From the NCBI GenBank assembly GCA_951406725.2, contig OX597817.1, forward strand, positions 85,498,001 through 85,562,000: 64,000 nt of DNA. Reading direction: 5' to 3'. The stretch is from Octopus vulgaris. Its lineage: Eukaryota. This document shows, in pieces, positions 1 to 11,466 of this stretch (positions within the stretch are counted from its first letter, which is position 1; each line of letters begins with the position of its first letter). Under the pieces are notes generated by a model, which was given only the letters and a program-made list of their open reading frames with translations, was not told where the DNA came from and did not search any database. Made by a program: the position numbers and the translations under genes.

Positions 1-739
1 CACGTGTCAGTATTGCAACTCATTAAATTTTGTGTGTGTGTGTGAGTGTGAATGTGTATGCATGCATGTGTGTTTGTGTGTTAGTTTGTCTGGGTGTGCA
101 TGTGTTTATGTGTGCATATACATTGGTGTGTAATTAATTGTATGTGTGTGTTTGTGTGTGTGTGTCCTGCTTCCTCTTTTGACTGAAACAAGTAAAAGAG
201 TATTTACATACATATATATATATATACTATTCTTTTATTTTTTCAGTCCTTTGACTATGGCCATACTAGAGTGCCACCTTGAGGGGTTTTAGTCAAACAA
301 ATCAATCCCTAGACTTATTCTTTGTAAGCCTAGTACTTATTTTATCAGTCTCTTTTGCCAAACTGCTAAGTTACGGGGATATAAACACCAACATCAGTTG
401 TCCCTGGGTAGGGATAACACAGACGCAAACACACAAATATATACATATATCTATTCATACGATAGGTTTCTTTCAGTTTCTGTCTACCAAATCCACTCAT
501 GAGGCTTTGGTTGGTCCAAGGCTACAGAAGAAGATACTTGCTCAAGGTGTCACGCAGTGGGACTGAACCTGGAACCATGTGGTTGAGAAGCAAGCCACAC
601 ATGTGTTGTATGTATATATAGGAGGAGACCCCCTTTGGTCATGAATGACCATGGGATTGCACCTAGAAAGTTACCCTCTGAGGCACAAGTCCAGTTAAGG
701 TTGTTTGTGGAAGGCCAGCAGTTGCCCAAGCATACCACA

Positions 740-887
740 ACTCATTTCTACAGCTGAGTTAACTAGAGCAATATGAAATAAAGTGTCCATGCTCAAGAAC
801 ACAACACGCAGCCCGGTCCAGGAATCGAACTCACAACCTCACAATCATAAACTTGACGCTCTAACCACTGAGCCATGCACCTTCACA

Positions 888-888
<1 letters not shown>
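740..888 (-). mobile_element. tRNA-derived SINE with CORE/Meta-like central domain
   Basis: Reverse strand TGGCTCAGTGG...GAGTTCGATTCC, then tgtgttcttgagca..acactttatttc. Related copies lie at ~20120-20424 and ~44310-44450. Confidence 0.7.
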
Positions 889-931
<43 letters not shown>

Positions 932-1051
932 ATGCTGCATTCATGTTGAAGGAGCATTCAAAATATTGCCAAAAAAAATACTACCTGGATTAACCTGGGA
1001 TTATACTTAAGAACCTATACCCTCATGGAAGTATGGATCAACCTCCATACC

Positions 1052-1105
1052 GTCTCTGGAGATGCTAACCTATCACTATAGATATCCCAGAAACAGCTGT
1101 AAGAC
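1052..1105 (+). ncRNA. Degenerate paralog of the 7387 hammerhead
   Basis: gtct-CTGGAGA-...gatatccca-GAAAC-agct-GTA-agac, with a core A6->G change. The flanks (930-1205) resemble 7170-7520. Confidence 0.55.
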
Positions 1106-1689
1106 ATCCAATAATTAATTAATTACTTCGCTTTACACTAATTAGATATTCTAAATGACTTGAGATACTCGTCCTACCTTGGTTTTTGTTGTCCTTTTCC
1201 CTTTAAGATATATATATATATATATACATATATATGCACACACAAAAGCTAACATAGAAACTTAGAAACTCAACATAGCCTTTCAGCTAACAGAACCTAT
1301 CAAGTCAACGAACCCATGCCAGCATGGAAAGTGGCTGTTAAATGATACTGATGATGATATACATTCATGCATACATTCATACATACATGCATACACACAC
1401 ACACATTTGCACACATGTATGTACATGTGTGTGTGTGTGTACATGTATGCTGAAAATTTTTCTCTATGTTGACTCTTTCCTGTAAACACATTGAATATTG
1501 TATACATTTTACTGCTGTAATGCTCACTCACATTTGTTTTTTTCTTTTTTTTTCTGCAATTTAAGTTTTCATTAATCATCAACTTCCTCTCCTTAAAGAT
1601 TAAATCAACCTAAAAACCAAACATTATTCCTGGTGTGCATACATCACCCCACCACAAACATCCATAAGCTACTTAGTTCCATAGAGTGA

Positions 1690-2130
1690 GATAGCTTCAC
1701 TTTCTGTCCCCTTATGAACCTTCACTAGTAGTTTTTCCCTTATCCTTCAATCTCTTCTTCGCACTGATTCCAGTTGTATACATTCAGTAAATGTAGACAA
1801 AGTAGTAATACTGATAAATTTGTATGAAAATGTATTTACAAACATATATCCTATGTTTATTACTTCCTGGAGTCTGCCTTTTCATTCAGAAACAAAACAC
1901 ATCATTGCCAACAGAGTCACTAGTTCTCTAAACTTCAACTGTATATTCCAAGCCATACTTGTTATTTTATCACTCACTCCACCTTCGTTGTTAATCATGT
2001 AACAGGTACCAAAAGCTTATCTACTACACTACTACTTCCAACAAACCATCCAAGTAATTCAGACTTCAAAGCATTTGGTTCCCTGTCACTTTGCCAGAGA
2101 TCTCATTCATGTTTTCACTACTCACTAATA
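1690..2130 (-). mobile_element. Highly decayed RTE RT fragment
   Basis: Reverse strand reads ...KFRELVTLLAM...KGRL, homologous to KFRELLPL...VKGRL of the main RTE. Confidence 0.55.
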
Positions 2131-2581
2131 TGGTTCCCCCTTACTTATTTGGTGTGTATCTGTCAAAGTAACTTCTTTGTTGTTTAAGGGTTTTTGTGTC
2201 TACTGTTACTAACTTACCATTGTAATTATTTAATACAGTTATAAGACAGTGAGCTGGCAGAATTGTAAGCACACTGGGTAAAATACTTAGCAGGATTTAG
2301 TCAATTTTTATGCTCTGAGTTCAAATTCTACCTAGACTGAATTTGCTTTTCATCTTTTCAGGGTCAATAAAGTAAGTACCAGTTTTCAGTTGAAGTTGAT
2401 ATAATGGGCCTATCCCATCCACCGAAATTGCTGGCCTAGTGCCAAAATTTGGAACCATTATTTAATTTTGTTAATATTTGGAGTGTTACTATTTAGTATT
2501 TTTACCATATTCCCCTTCCAGCTTAATGTGCTGGATTTTTAATTCAAATACTTCTTTGTTCAGATTCTTTATTAAAAACTA

Positions 2582-2620
<39 letters not shown>

Positions 2621-2816
2621 ATTCTTTTACTTGTTTCAGTCATATAACTGTTGCCATGCTGGAGCACCGCCTTAAAAGGTGTTAGTTGAAGAAGTCAACC
2701 CAAGACTTATTCTTTGTTTATTGGTCTCTTTTGCCAAACAACTAGATTACAGGGACGTAAACACACCAGCATCAGTTGTCAAGCAATGGTGGGGGAACAA
2801 ACACAGACACACACAA

Positions 2817-2863
<47 letters not shown>

Positions 2864-2865
<2 letters not shown>

Positions 2866-3971
2866 GAAGAATTCACAAAAGATGAAGACAGGGGGTGTAG
2901 ACAACAAACAGATGTATTAGTTTAATGCTTGGGAAGTGAAAAAGTCTTTAACGCTTTGAGCCTATGCTCTTCCACAGAAAGAAACAAGGAGAGAAAATAA
3001 TGTGTAGTGGCTAGTGATCTATCATAGCAAGTGCCAGACAGAAGGGTCACACAGGAGAGCTAGGAAGAAGGGGAGATAATAAAGTAGTGGTGATCCCAAA
3101 ACGAAGGTGCACGTGCGTGTGTATAAGAAAGTATGATGTATGTGCATGTGGAAGAGGGCTGGTGACCATGACGTGTGTGTATGTGTAGGTGTGAGGATGC
3201 GGGGCTGGTAAGTGGTCAGTGCTTGTGTGTGTGGTGTTGTGTAATATATTAGTGTATAGTGTGTGGTGTGGTGTGATGGTGTTGGGAGGTAGAGAGGCGA
3301 GAGTGGAGAAAGCAAGGGTGGGGTGTGGGTTAGACTGCAGGTGAGAGTAGAGGTGGGGTATGTGGAAGTGGGTGTAAGGGATGGGGTAGCATGGGAGGAG
3401 AAGGATAGGAAAGATGAGGTTGGAATGTGTAGGGATGGGGTGGGCTTATGAGGGAGAGATGATGATGAAGGGGGAGAGAGAAGGTGGGTAGGAGTGAAGA
3501 GAAGAGACAAGGAGAGTAAGAGTGAAGAGAAGTAAGAGCTGGAGCAAGAGAGGAGAGGTGGGTGGGAGGAAGTAGGTGTGAGGGGGAGAGAGGTGAGGGA
3601 AGGAGGTTAGATGAAAAGGAGAGGAGAGTTGAGCCCATGTGGTGCAAAGGAGCGAAAAGAGAAGATTAATCCCCGTTCATGGTGCAAACAGCAGAAGTCC
3701 AGATGGCTCCTGTGCAAAGACAATCCAAACACAGACAGGTGTTGCAAAGAGTGAGTGGTAGACCAGAAATGGTGCGTGACCGGGGTGTCATTGCTAAGTC
3801 AGATATCTTGGAGGTATTCCACAAACTGGTCAGCCAAGCGGCATCCTGTTTGCCCAATGAATAGAGAAGGGCAGAGAGAGCAGGAGATGCAGCAGATGAC
3901 ATTGGTAGAAGTGCAGGTGAAGGAGTCAGTGATGTGATAGCGTCGATGATGGGTGTCAGTGAGGAGGGTGG

Positions 3972-3973
<2 letters not shown>
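2864..3973 (-). mobile_element. Penelope-like element 3' part: GIY-YIG endonuclease remnant plus 3' UTR
   Basis: 3973->3607 translates to ...FTCTSTNVICCISCSLCPSLFIGQTGCRLADQFVEYLQDI*LSNDTPVTHHF...HERGLIFSFRSFAPHGLN, the GIY-YIG pattern (VIY.I.C..C...YIGQT.R.L..RF.EH...E..LI....P.GLN). The element is bounded by (TA)n on both sides. Confidence 0.85.
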
Positions 3974-4048
<75 letters not shown>

Positions 4049-4930
4049 AATCTAAACGGGAAAACAAAAAAACAACAACAATGGAACAATTACAGTATTA
4101 TTATTAATAGGCGCTCAGGAAATGGAAATATATATATATATATAAAACGAGCTTCTTCAGTTTCTGTCTATCAAATTCACTTACAAAGCTTTGGTCAGCC
4201 CGAGGTTATAAGAGATGACGCTTGCCCAAGGTACCATGCAATGGGACTGAACCTAGAACCATGTGGTTGGGAAGCAAGCTTCTTATCACACAGCCATGCC
4301 TGGCTACTGCCTATACACACACATGCACACACACACATATATATATGTATGTATGTATGTATATATATATTTATATATATGTATATATATATACATATAT
4401 ATATAAAATACATATATATAAATATATATATATACATACATACATATATATATATGTGTGTGTGTGTATAGGCAGTAGGCAGGCATGGCTGTGTGGTAAG
4501 AAGCTTGCTTCCCAACCACATGGTTCTAGGTTGTCACATTGCATGGTACCTTGGGCAAGTGTCATCTATTATAACCTCGGGCTGACCAAAGCTTTGTGAG
4601 TGAATATGATAGACAGAAACTGAAGAAGCCCGTTTTATATATATATATATATATTTAACAATTAAGGATAACTTCTTAATAAGGAATCTTAACAAGAAAT
4701 TATCAGGTAGATAGCGTGAAAAACCTCATAAGAGAAAAATTTCGAAAATAATTCTTTCTTATTGAACATATTAATTTATATATATATATATATATATAAA
4801 TTATATATATACCACCCTCCTCACCGGCACCCATCATTGACGCTATCACATCACTGACTCCTTCACCTGCACTTGTATATATATGTATATATATACATAT
4901 ATATAAATATATATATACATACATACATAC

Positions 4931-4962
<32 letters not shown>

Positions 4963-5106
4963 ATACACATATATATGGTGCAGAACATTGGCAAATTTTT
5001 TCTTATCTGCTTCCCCTCTGGCTAAATAAATCTGTCTCCTAGCTTACCTTCTGGCAGTCTGGTACCATCCCCTGCTACCGCCATTCTTCCAGTCCTTCCA
5101 AGCCTG

Positions 5107-6655
5107 CTATGGTGGAAGCAGGGAATGGTACCAGACTGCCAGAAGAGAAGCTAGGAGACAAATTTATTTAGCCAGAGGGGAAGCAGATAAGAAAGAATTT
5201 GCCAATGTTCTGCACTGTGAGGACCAAAGACTTGAGGTATTTCTTGTTGCAAGACAGTGTGTGAGAAAGAATCATAATGTCGTAGGAGAGAAATGTGTCC
5301 GCATGGATGATGGTTCACTTGCATTAAACGAAGCTGCAAAGAGAGAGGTATGGAGACGCCACTATGAAAGGTTGCTAAATAAAGAGAATGAATGAGAGAA
5401 AGAGAGCCCATCAGTCTTAATAAGTAGGAAGGCAGACAAACCACAAATCCCTTCAGGTAGATAGCCCTGCTTTATCTATAGAAAAGGTGTAGGTAGAAAC
5501 TCTATAAGATGTACTCAGTGTAAGCTATGGACACATAAGAGGTGCAGTAATATCAAAGGAAGGCTAACTGGGAAGATAGTTTTTGTATGTGGCAGATGCT
5601 CAAGAGCAATAAACACTGTATATGTGCGGAGAACAACTTCTGCCACATTACAGAGAGAAAAACTACAATTAGTTGACAGCTTCCGTTACCCAGGTGACCA
5701 AGTCAGTAGCGGGGGTGGGTGCACTGAAAGTGTAGCTACTAGAATAAGAATAACCTGAGCAAAGTTCAGAGAGCTTCTACCTCTGCTGGTGACAAAGGGC
5801 CTCTCACTCAGAGTAAATGATAGACTGTATGATGCATGTGTACGAACAGCCATGCTACATGGCAGTGAAACATAGGCCATGACTGCTGAAGACATGCATA
5901 AGCTTGCAAGGAATGAAGCCAGTATCATCCGATGGATGTGTAATGTCATTGTATATACACGACAGAGTGTAAGTGCCTTGAGAGAAAAGTTGGACTTAAG
6001 AAGCATCAGATGTGGTGTGCAAGAGAGACGTTTGTGCTGGTATGGTCATGTGGTGAGAATGGATGAGGATAGTTGTTTGAAAAAGTGTCACCCTAGCAGT
6101 TGAGGGAACCTGTGGAAGAGGTAGACCCAGGAAGACCTGGGATGAGGTGGTGAAGCACGACCTTCGAACATTAGGCCTCACTGAGGCAATGAGTAGTGAC
6201 CGAAAGTCTTGGAAATATGCTGTGCTTGAGGGGACCCAGCAAGCCAAGTGACACCATAACCCATGACCTATGCCAGTCATGAAACCAGCCCACTTATGTG
6301 TACCTTTCTTTCATTGGACACTATAACTCTACCTGTTGAGGCAAATGAAATTGAAATCAAATTCGCTGACGTGGCCGATGACAGCATCGCATGACTGGCA
6401 TCCATGCTAGTGGAACATTAAGAGCAGCATCCGAGCATGATCGTTGCCAGGGCCACTGACTACCTCCCATGCCGGTGGCATGTAAAAGCATCCACTACAC
6501 TCTCGGAGTGGATGGCATTAGGAAGGACATCGAGCTGTAAAAACTCTGTCAGATCATATTGGAGCTTTGTGCAGCCATCTGGCTCACCAGTTCTCAGTCA
6601 AACCGTCCAACCCATGCCAGCATGGAAAATGGACGTTAAACGATGATGATGATAT
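5107..6655 (+). mobile_element. Decayed, internally deleted copy of the same RTE family
   Basis: Aligns by eye to 11915-12210, then jumps at ~5408 to the 13065-14400 region. Same 3' hairpin and GAT tail. Confidence 0.92.
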
Positions 6656-6679
6656 ATATATATGTATATGTATATATAG

Positions 6680-7000
6680 TCATCATCATTTAATGTCCAT
6701 TTCCATGCTGGGTGGACAATTTGAGAGGAGCTGGTAATCTGAACCAGGCTCCAGTAGTCTGCTTTGGCATACAGCTGGATGCCCTTCCTAATGCCAACCA
6801 CTTTTCAGTGGGTACTAGATGCTTTTTTATATGACACCAGTGCAGGTGCTTTTTACGTAGCACCAGCACAGGTGCTTTATACACGGCATCAGCACAGGTG
6901 CCTTTCATGTAGCATTGCCATGAGTGCTTTTTATGTGGCACCAGCATCTGCAGGGTTGCCAAGTAGCTTGCAAAACAAGGACCTCTCAGCTGAGAGAGGA
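6680..7000 (-). mobile_element. RTE 3' UTR/tail fragment, tail-to-tail with the 5107-6655 copy
   Basis: catcatcatttaatgtccatttccatgctgg and cccttcctaatgccaaccac are the reverse complement of the RTE 3' end. Short imperfect tandem repeats lie at 6830-6950. Confidence 0.8.
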
Positions 7001-7386
7001 AGCATGAGCCCTTAGGTGCAATCCTGTGTAGATCCACGAGCATAAGTCTTTAGGTACAATCTTGAGTATATCCATGTAGGTTAAAATCCTGATATAGCAG
7101 ACATCCCAAGAAAAAGACACAAACATGTCAAAGTCCAATAACATTCTGTTAATCCACATGCATATACGCAGGATTACACCTAAAGACCTATGCTCATGGA
7201 TCTACACAGGATTGCACCTAAGGACTCATGCTCTGGTTTCTATAGCTTCGGAAAGTTGAACTATGAACTTTTATGCTTCTTTTTTCTTCTCTCTTTCCAT
7301 CTCCTTATTCTTTTATTTCCTTCTTCTCTGTGGTCATCTCCTTGATATATACCATTCTCCTTTCCCATACTTTTTTCCCTAATTTG

Positions 7387-7440
7387 TCTCTGATGATGGA
7401 ATATCCCATACTCGGGATTCTCCCAGAAACAGCTGTAAGA
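7387..7440 (+). ncRNA. Type I minimal hammerhead ribozyme (Penelope-type)
   Basis: tct-CTGATGA-tgg aatatccc..gggattctc cca-GAAAC-agct-GTA-aga. All core nucleotides are present, with an imperfect stem II, a 2-bp stem III closed by the palindromic AGCT loop, and a short stem I. Confidence 0.7.
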
Positions 7441-7643
7441 TTTTGAATTTCTTCCTGTAATAATATTGTATATGACTTGAGATGTTTGTGTTGCCTTAAT
7501 GTTTGTTGTCCTGTTTAACAATTATATATCTACTGCATCGGAAATCTGCAATGGCTCCATAACTACTGTCTCGGCTACAATCTTGGAGCCCAAGTAATCT
7601 GTTATAGCACTTACCTAGCATACTTAATCGTTTAGATCACCTT

Positions 7644-7676
<33 letters not shown>

Positions 7677-7765
7677 CTGTAAATATGATATGTAACAATT
7701 ATTCGGTAGCCATGATAAAACTCCGAGATCTCTTTCTTTCTTTTGTTGTCTTACCATTTTTATCA

Positions 7766-7807
<42 letters not shown>

Positions 7808-8297
7808 GCATGCGCATACACACACAGACTGAAAGAGAGAGAGAGAGAAAGAAAAGTATGTGTCATGTATGTATCTGCTCAGAGTTATGATTTGATATGT
7901 ATTTGTACTCTAATATAACTTAAAGAAATAGAGAACAAACATGACACATACTTTTCTTTCTCTCTCTCAAATTTTAGTTTTGATCACATGACTTTGATTG
8001 TCTCAATTTCTGTTATTTGCCTACAGTGCAACTGCTCAGAGTTCTGTTCTGTTTATGGCACAACGTGTTCAGAGAGAGAGAAAGAAAAGTATGTGTCATG
8101 TATGTATCTACTCAGAGTTATGATTTGATATGTATTTGTACTCTAATATAACTTAAAGAAATAGAGAACAAACAACTGGGGGACTGTGTTGGAATTGAAC
8201 CAATATACTCAAGAATTCAGTCCAGTTATTTTTAGACATTATACTAATGGACCTCCCACTTTCATTGCCTCCCATTTTACTCGATAAGTTCATGTGT

Positions 8298-8341
<44 letters not shown>

Positions 8342-9362
8342 TGAACTGCTTCAAAGGAGACCATGCATGTAGATAAGAGTCAGAAATGAACCTAACTGTC
8401 TAACTTTTATCTACTTTCATCTCATTGCAGGTTTATATGTGTATGTGTGTGTATATATGTGTGTACATGTATGTGTATGCTTATATGAGTGTGTACATTT
8501 ATGTTCATATTTATATACTAAGAATATTGCTTTGATGTTTACTCTTAAAATATTTCATTGTTGACGTTTGTACAAACCAAGACAGTCTTCATGGTTTTGA
8601 ATCTTTAAATATTTTGATTTCTTATTAATTCATGATAGTCATGATTTCATAATTAATTTACACTTTCATAATTCTATTTTTCCATTTATTTATTTAAAGA
8701 TAAAAACAGAAATGAATGATATTATTTACAACCATAAAATATATTTGCTTGGTATTTCTCTTCAAAATTCTTTAAATATTATTTTCATTATTATACAGAG
8801 GAATTTCTTCCTTATTCCCATTGCTCTAGTTTTATTTACACATGTTCTCCCATTTGAATATCATCTAAATGGTTGTTTATCAAAAGTTATTTGACCTACT
8901 GGATATTGGAAAGGAAATGTTTTGGGTGGTGGTGATGGTATATTATCTTTCATTAAGTTCTGACACATCTGTTAATGTGCTAACCTCCACACAGCCTTCT
9001 TATCAAGCAGCTGTACTCTGTCCTAGTACTTTGATAAATAAGCGTCAAAAATGCATGAGTGAAATTTTCGGTGGCAAATGCGTTCATGAGATCAGAAAGG
9101 AAAATCAACCAAATTTTTTCAGCTAAATTACAGTCAAAACTAACAACCATCATTTAGTAAAAGAAAATATGTTTTATTTCTCATGAAATTTCTCTTGTCA
9201 TTAAACATTTCAATACATTCTGATGACACATTCAGTTAAAACAGGCTAATGGCATATAAAGTATACATGAAAATCTAGGACTGTCCCTATTTGTTTAAGA
9301 AAAGAGTTAACTATATATGATTATACTTATACATACATGTATACAATTACACATCTCACCCC

Positions 9363-9420
<58 letters not shown>

Positions 9421-9541
9421 AATATATGCGTATATATATATATATACACATACATATACATGTGTATGTGTATGTATATATATATATATATAAATATATA
9501 TATATACATATGTATCTGTATATATATATGTATGTGTATAT

Positions 9542-9580
<39 letters not shown>

Positions 9581-9620
9581 CACCTATATTCACATATATA
9601 TTATTGAATCGTAATTTTTA

Positions 9621-9667
9621 TCTTGCAACTCAAGTTTCATGCATGTTACAATAATCTTCAAGCAAGA
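9621..9667 (-). ncRNA. Hammerhead-like motif (U3 variant)
   Basis: Reverse strand: tcttgc-TTGAAGA-ttattgtaacatgcat-GAAAC-ttga-GTT-gcaaga. Stem I is a perfect 6 bp; stem II is poor. Confidence 0.45.
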
Positions 9668-10000
9668 ACTTGATGATATCAGGAACATGAAACTCTAGTC
9701 AAGTAATAAATATTCAGTTTTAATAAACCATATACTCTATAGCATTTATTGAGTACTCTCACTTGTGCAATACGAATCAACATTTGTGTGTGTGTATCTG
9801 TGTATGTGTGTATATATATATGGTTGGTTGGCATCCTTTTTGTCTCGGGAGACAATGGAGTTGCACATAAAATAGTCTAGTCCGGCTTTTACATTTCATG
9901 TTCTAATACATTTCTTGCTGTGGTTGTGTAGTCCTATCCTGGACAAACACTCCCTCTGGCAGGTGCCGCAAATGTAGCGAAGACTGATACATACATAATA

Positions 10001-10241
10001 TATATAATTGAATAAATAAAAAGTAGAATGTTAAATATTCATTTTGATTGAACTAATTATCATGAATTCTGCACTTCGGGTTCATGTATGACAGTCATCA
10101 CAATTTTTGATGCCAATTTTTGACAGTCAAAAATTGTGAAGCATGACTGTCAACACTACTACATGACCGAAGATATTCATATAAAGTATATTAATCAAAA
10201 TATATTTAACATTCTATATTTCATTTTATATCAATTATATA
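10001..10241. repeat. ~240-bp imperfect palindrome
   Basis: tagaatgttaaatat..ttttgatt / aatcaaaa..atatttaacattcta and tgacagtcat..cacaatttttga / tcaaaaattgtga..atgactgtca. Confidence 0.8.
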
Positions 10242-10330
10242 TATTATCTTATAATATATCATTATAAGATTGTAAATAAAACGTAAAATATGATTTTTTA
10301 TATATTTTTTATACACAATCACAACACCCA

Positions 10331-10814
<484 letters not shown>

Positions 10815-11271
10815 AAAATGTGTGTGTGTGTGTAAGCAGCAACAGCTGCAAGACCATCATTTTCATTTAAATCCATGTTCCATGCTGTCATGTCTTGAAC
10901 AGTTTGACAGGATCTGATATGTCAAGAGATTGCATTGTGCTCAAATTTCTGTTTTGGCATAATGCCAACCACTTTACAGTATGGACTAGGTGCTCTTTTC
11001 ATGCCACCAGCTCTAGAGTTGCCAGGCAACTTGCAGAACTACAAACAAATTGAGGGGCAGTGAGGGGCAGGACTACTCACATATAGAAGGGGAGGAGGAG
11101 AGAAAGAAAAAATGACCAGTAGGGGCTGCAAGAGATAGTTATTAGTGATGAGGTGCCTAGGTGATTGCACCACAATGCACATGGTGAGTTGTGGAATTGG
11201 TTTGCAAAATTGTATAGGAAGGAGAGTATCACATGTCAATACAAATGCTATATATATATCTATATATATAT

Positions 11272-11407
11272 AAACAATTGCAGCGTGGAAGGTGTTTATA
11301 AGCCATTTAAGAAACACACAAAAACCATTAGATTCACTTCAACATTTAAATTTAATTTGTCAAAATATTTTCGGCACTTATAAACACTTTCCACGCTGCA
11401 ATTGTTT
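11272..11407. repeat. Short element with ~30-bp terminal inverted repeats
   Basis: aacaattgcagcgtggaaggtgtttataag ... cttataaacactttccacgctgcaattgtt. Confidence 0.85.
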
Positions 11408-11466
11408 TTTGTTCCAGCACACGATCTCAGATCAGGTCACTTGCTATGCAAGTACATGCCCATAAT

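Noticed and set aside
2941-2981. Minus-strand gaagagcataggctcaaagcgt near the Penelope 3' end, where a hammerhead would be expected
   Set aside because: Both core halves are mutated, so it cannot be called from this copy alone.
3953-4924. Long ORFs rich in YI/CV/HT/LS dipeptides (also at 9327-9614, 15647-16054, 44741-45373, 60849-61317)
   Set aside because: They are translations of TA/CA/GA/TATG microsatellites that lack stop codons, with no protein signal.
11402-11466. Start of the 695-aa ORF as a real N-terminus
   Set aside because: The first ~21 codons come from the neighbouring repeat; the RTE is 5'-truncated and lacks most of the endonuclease.
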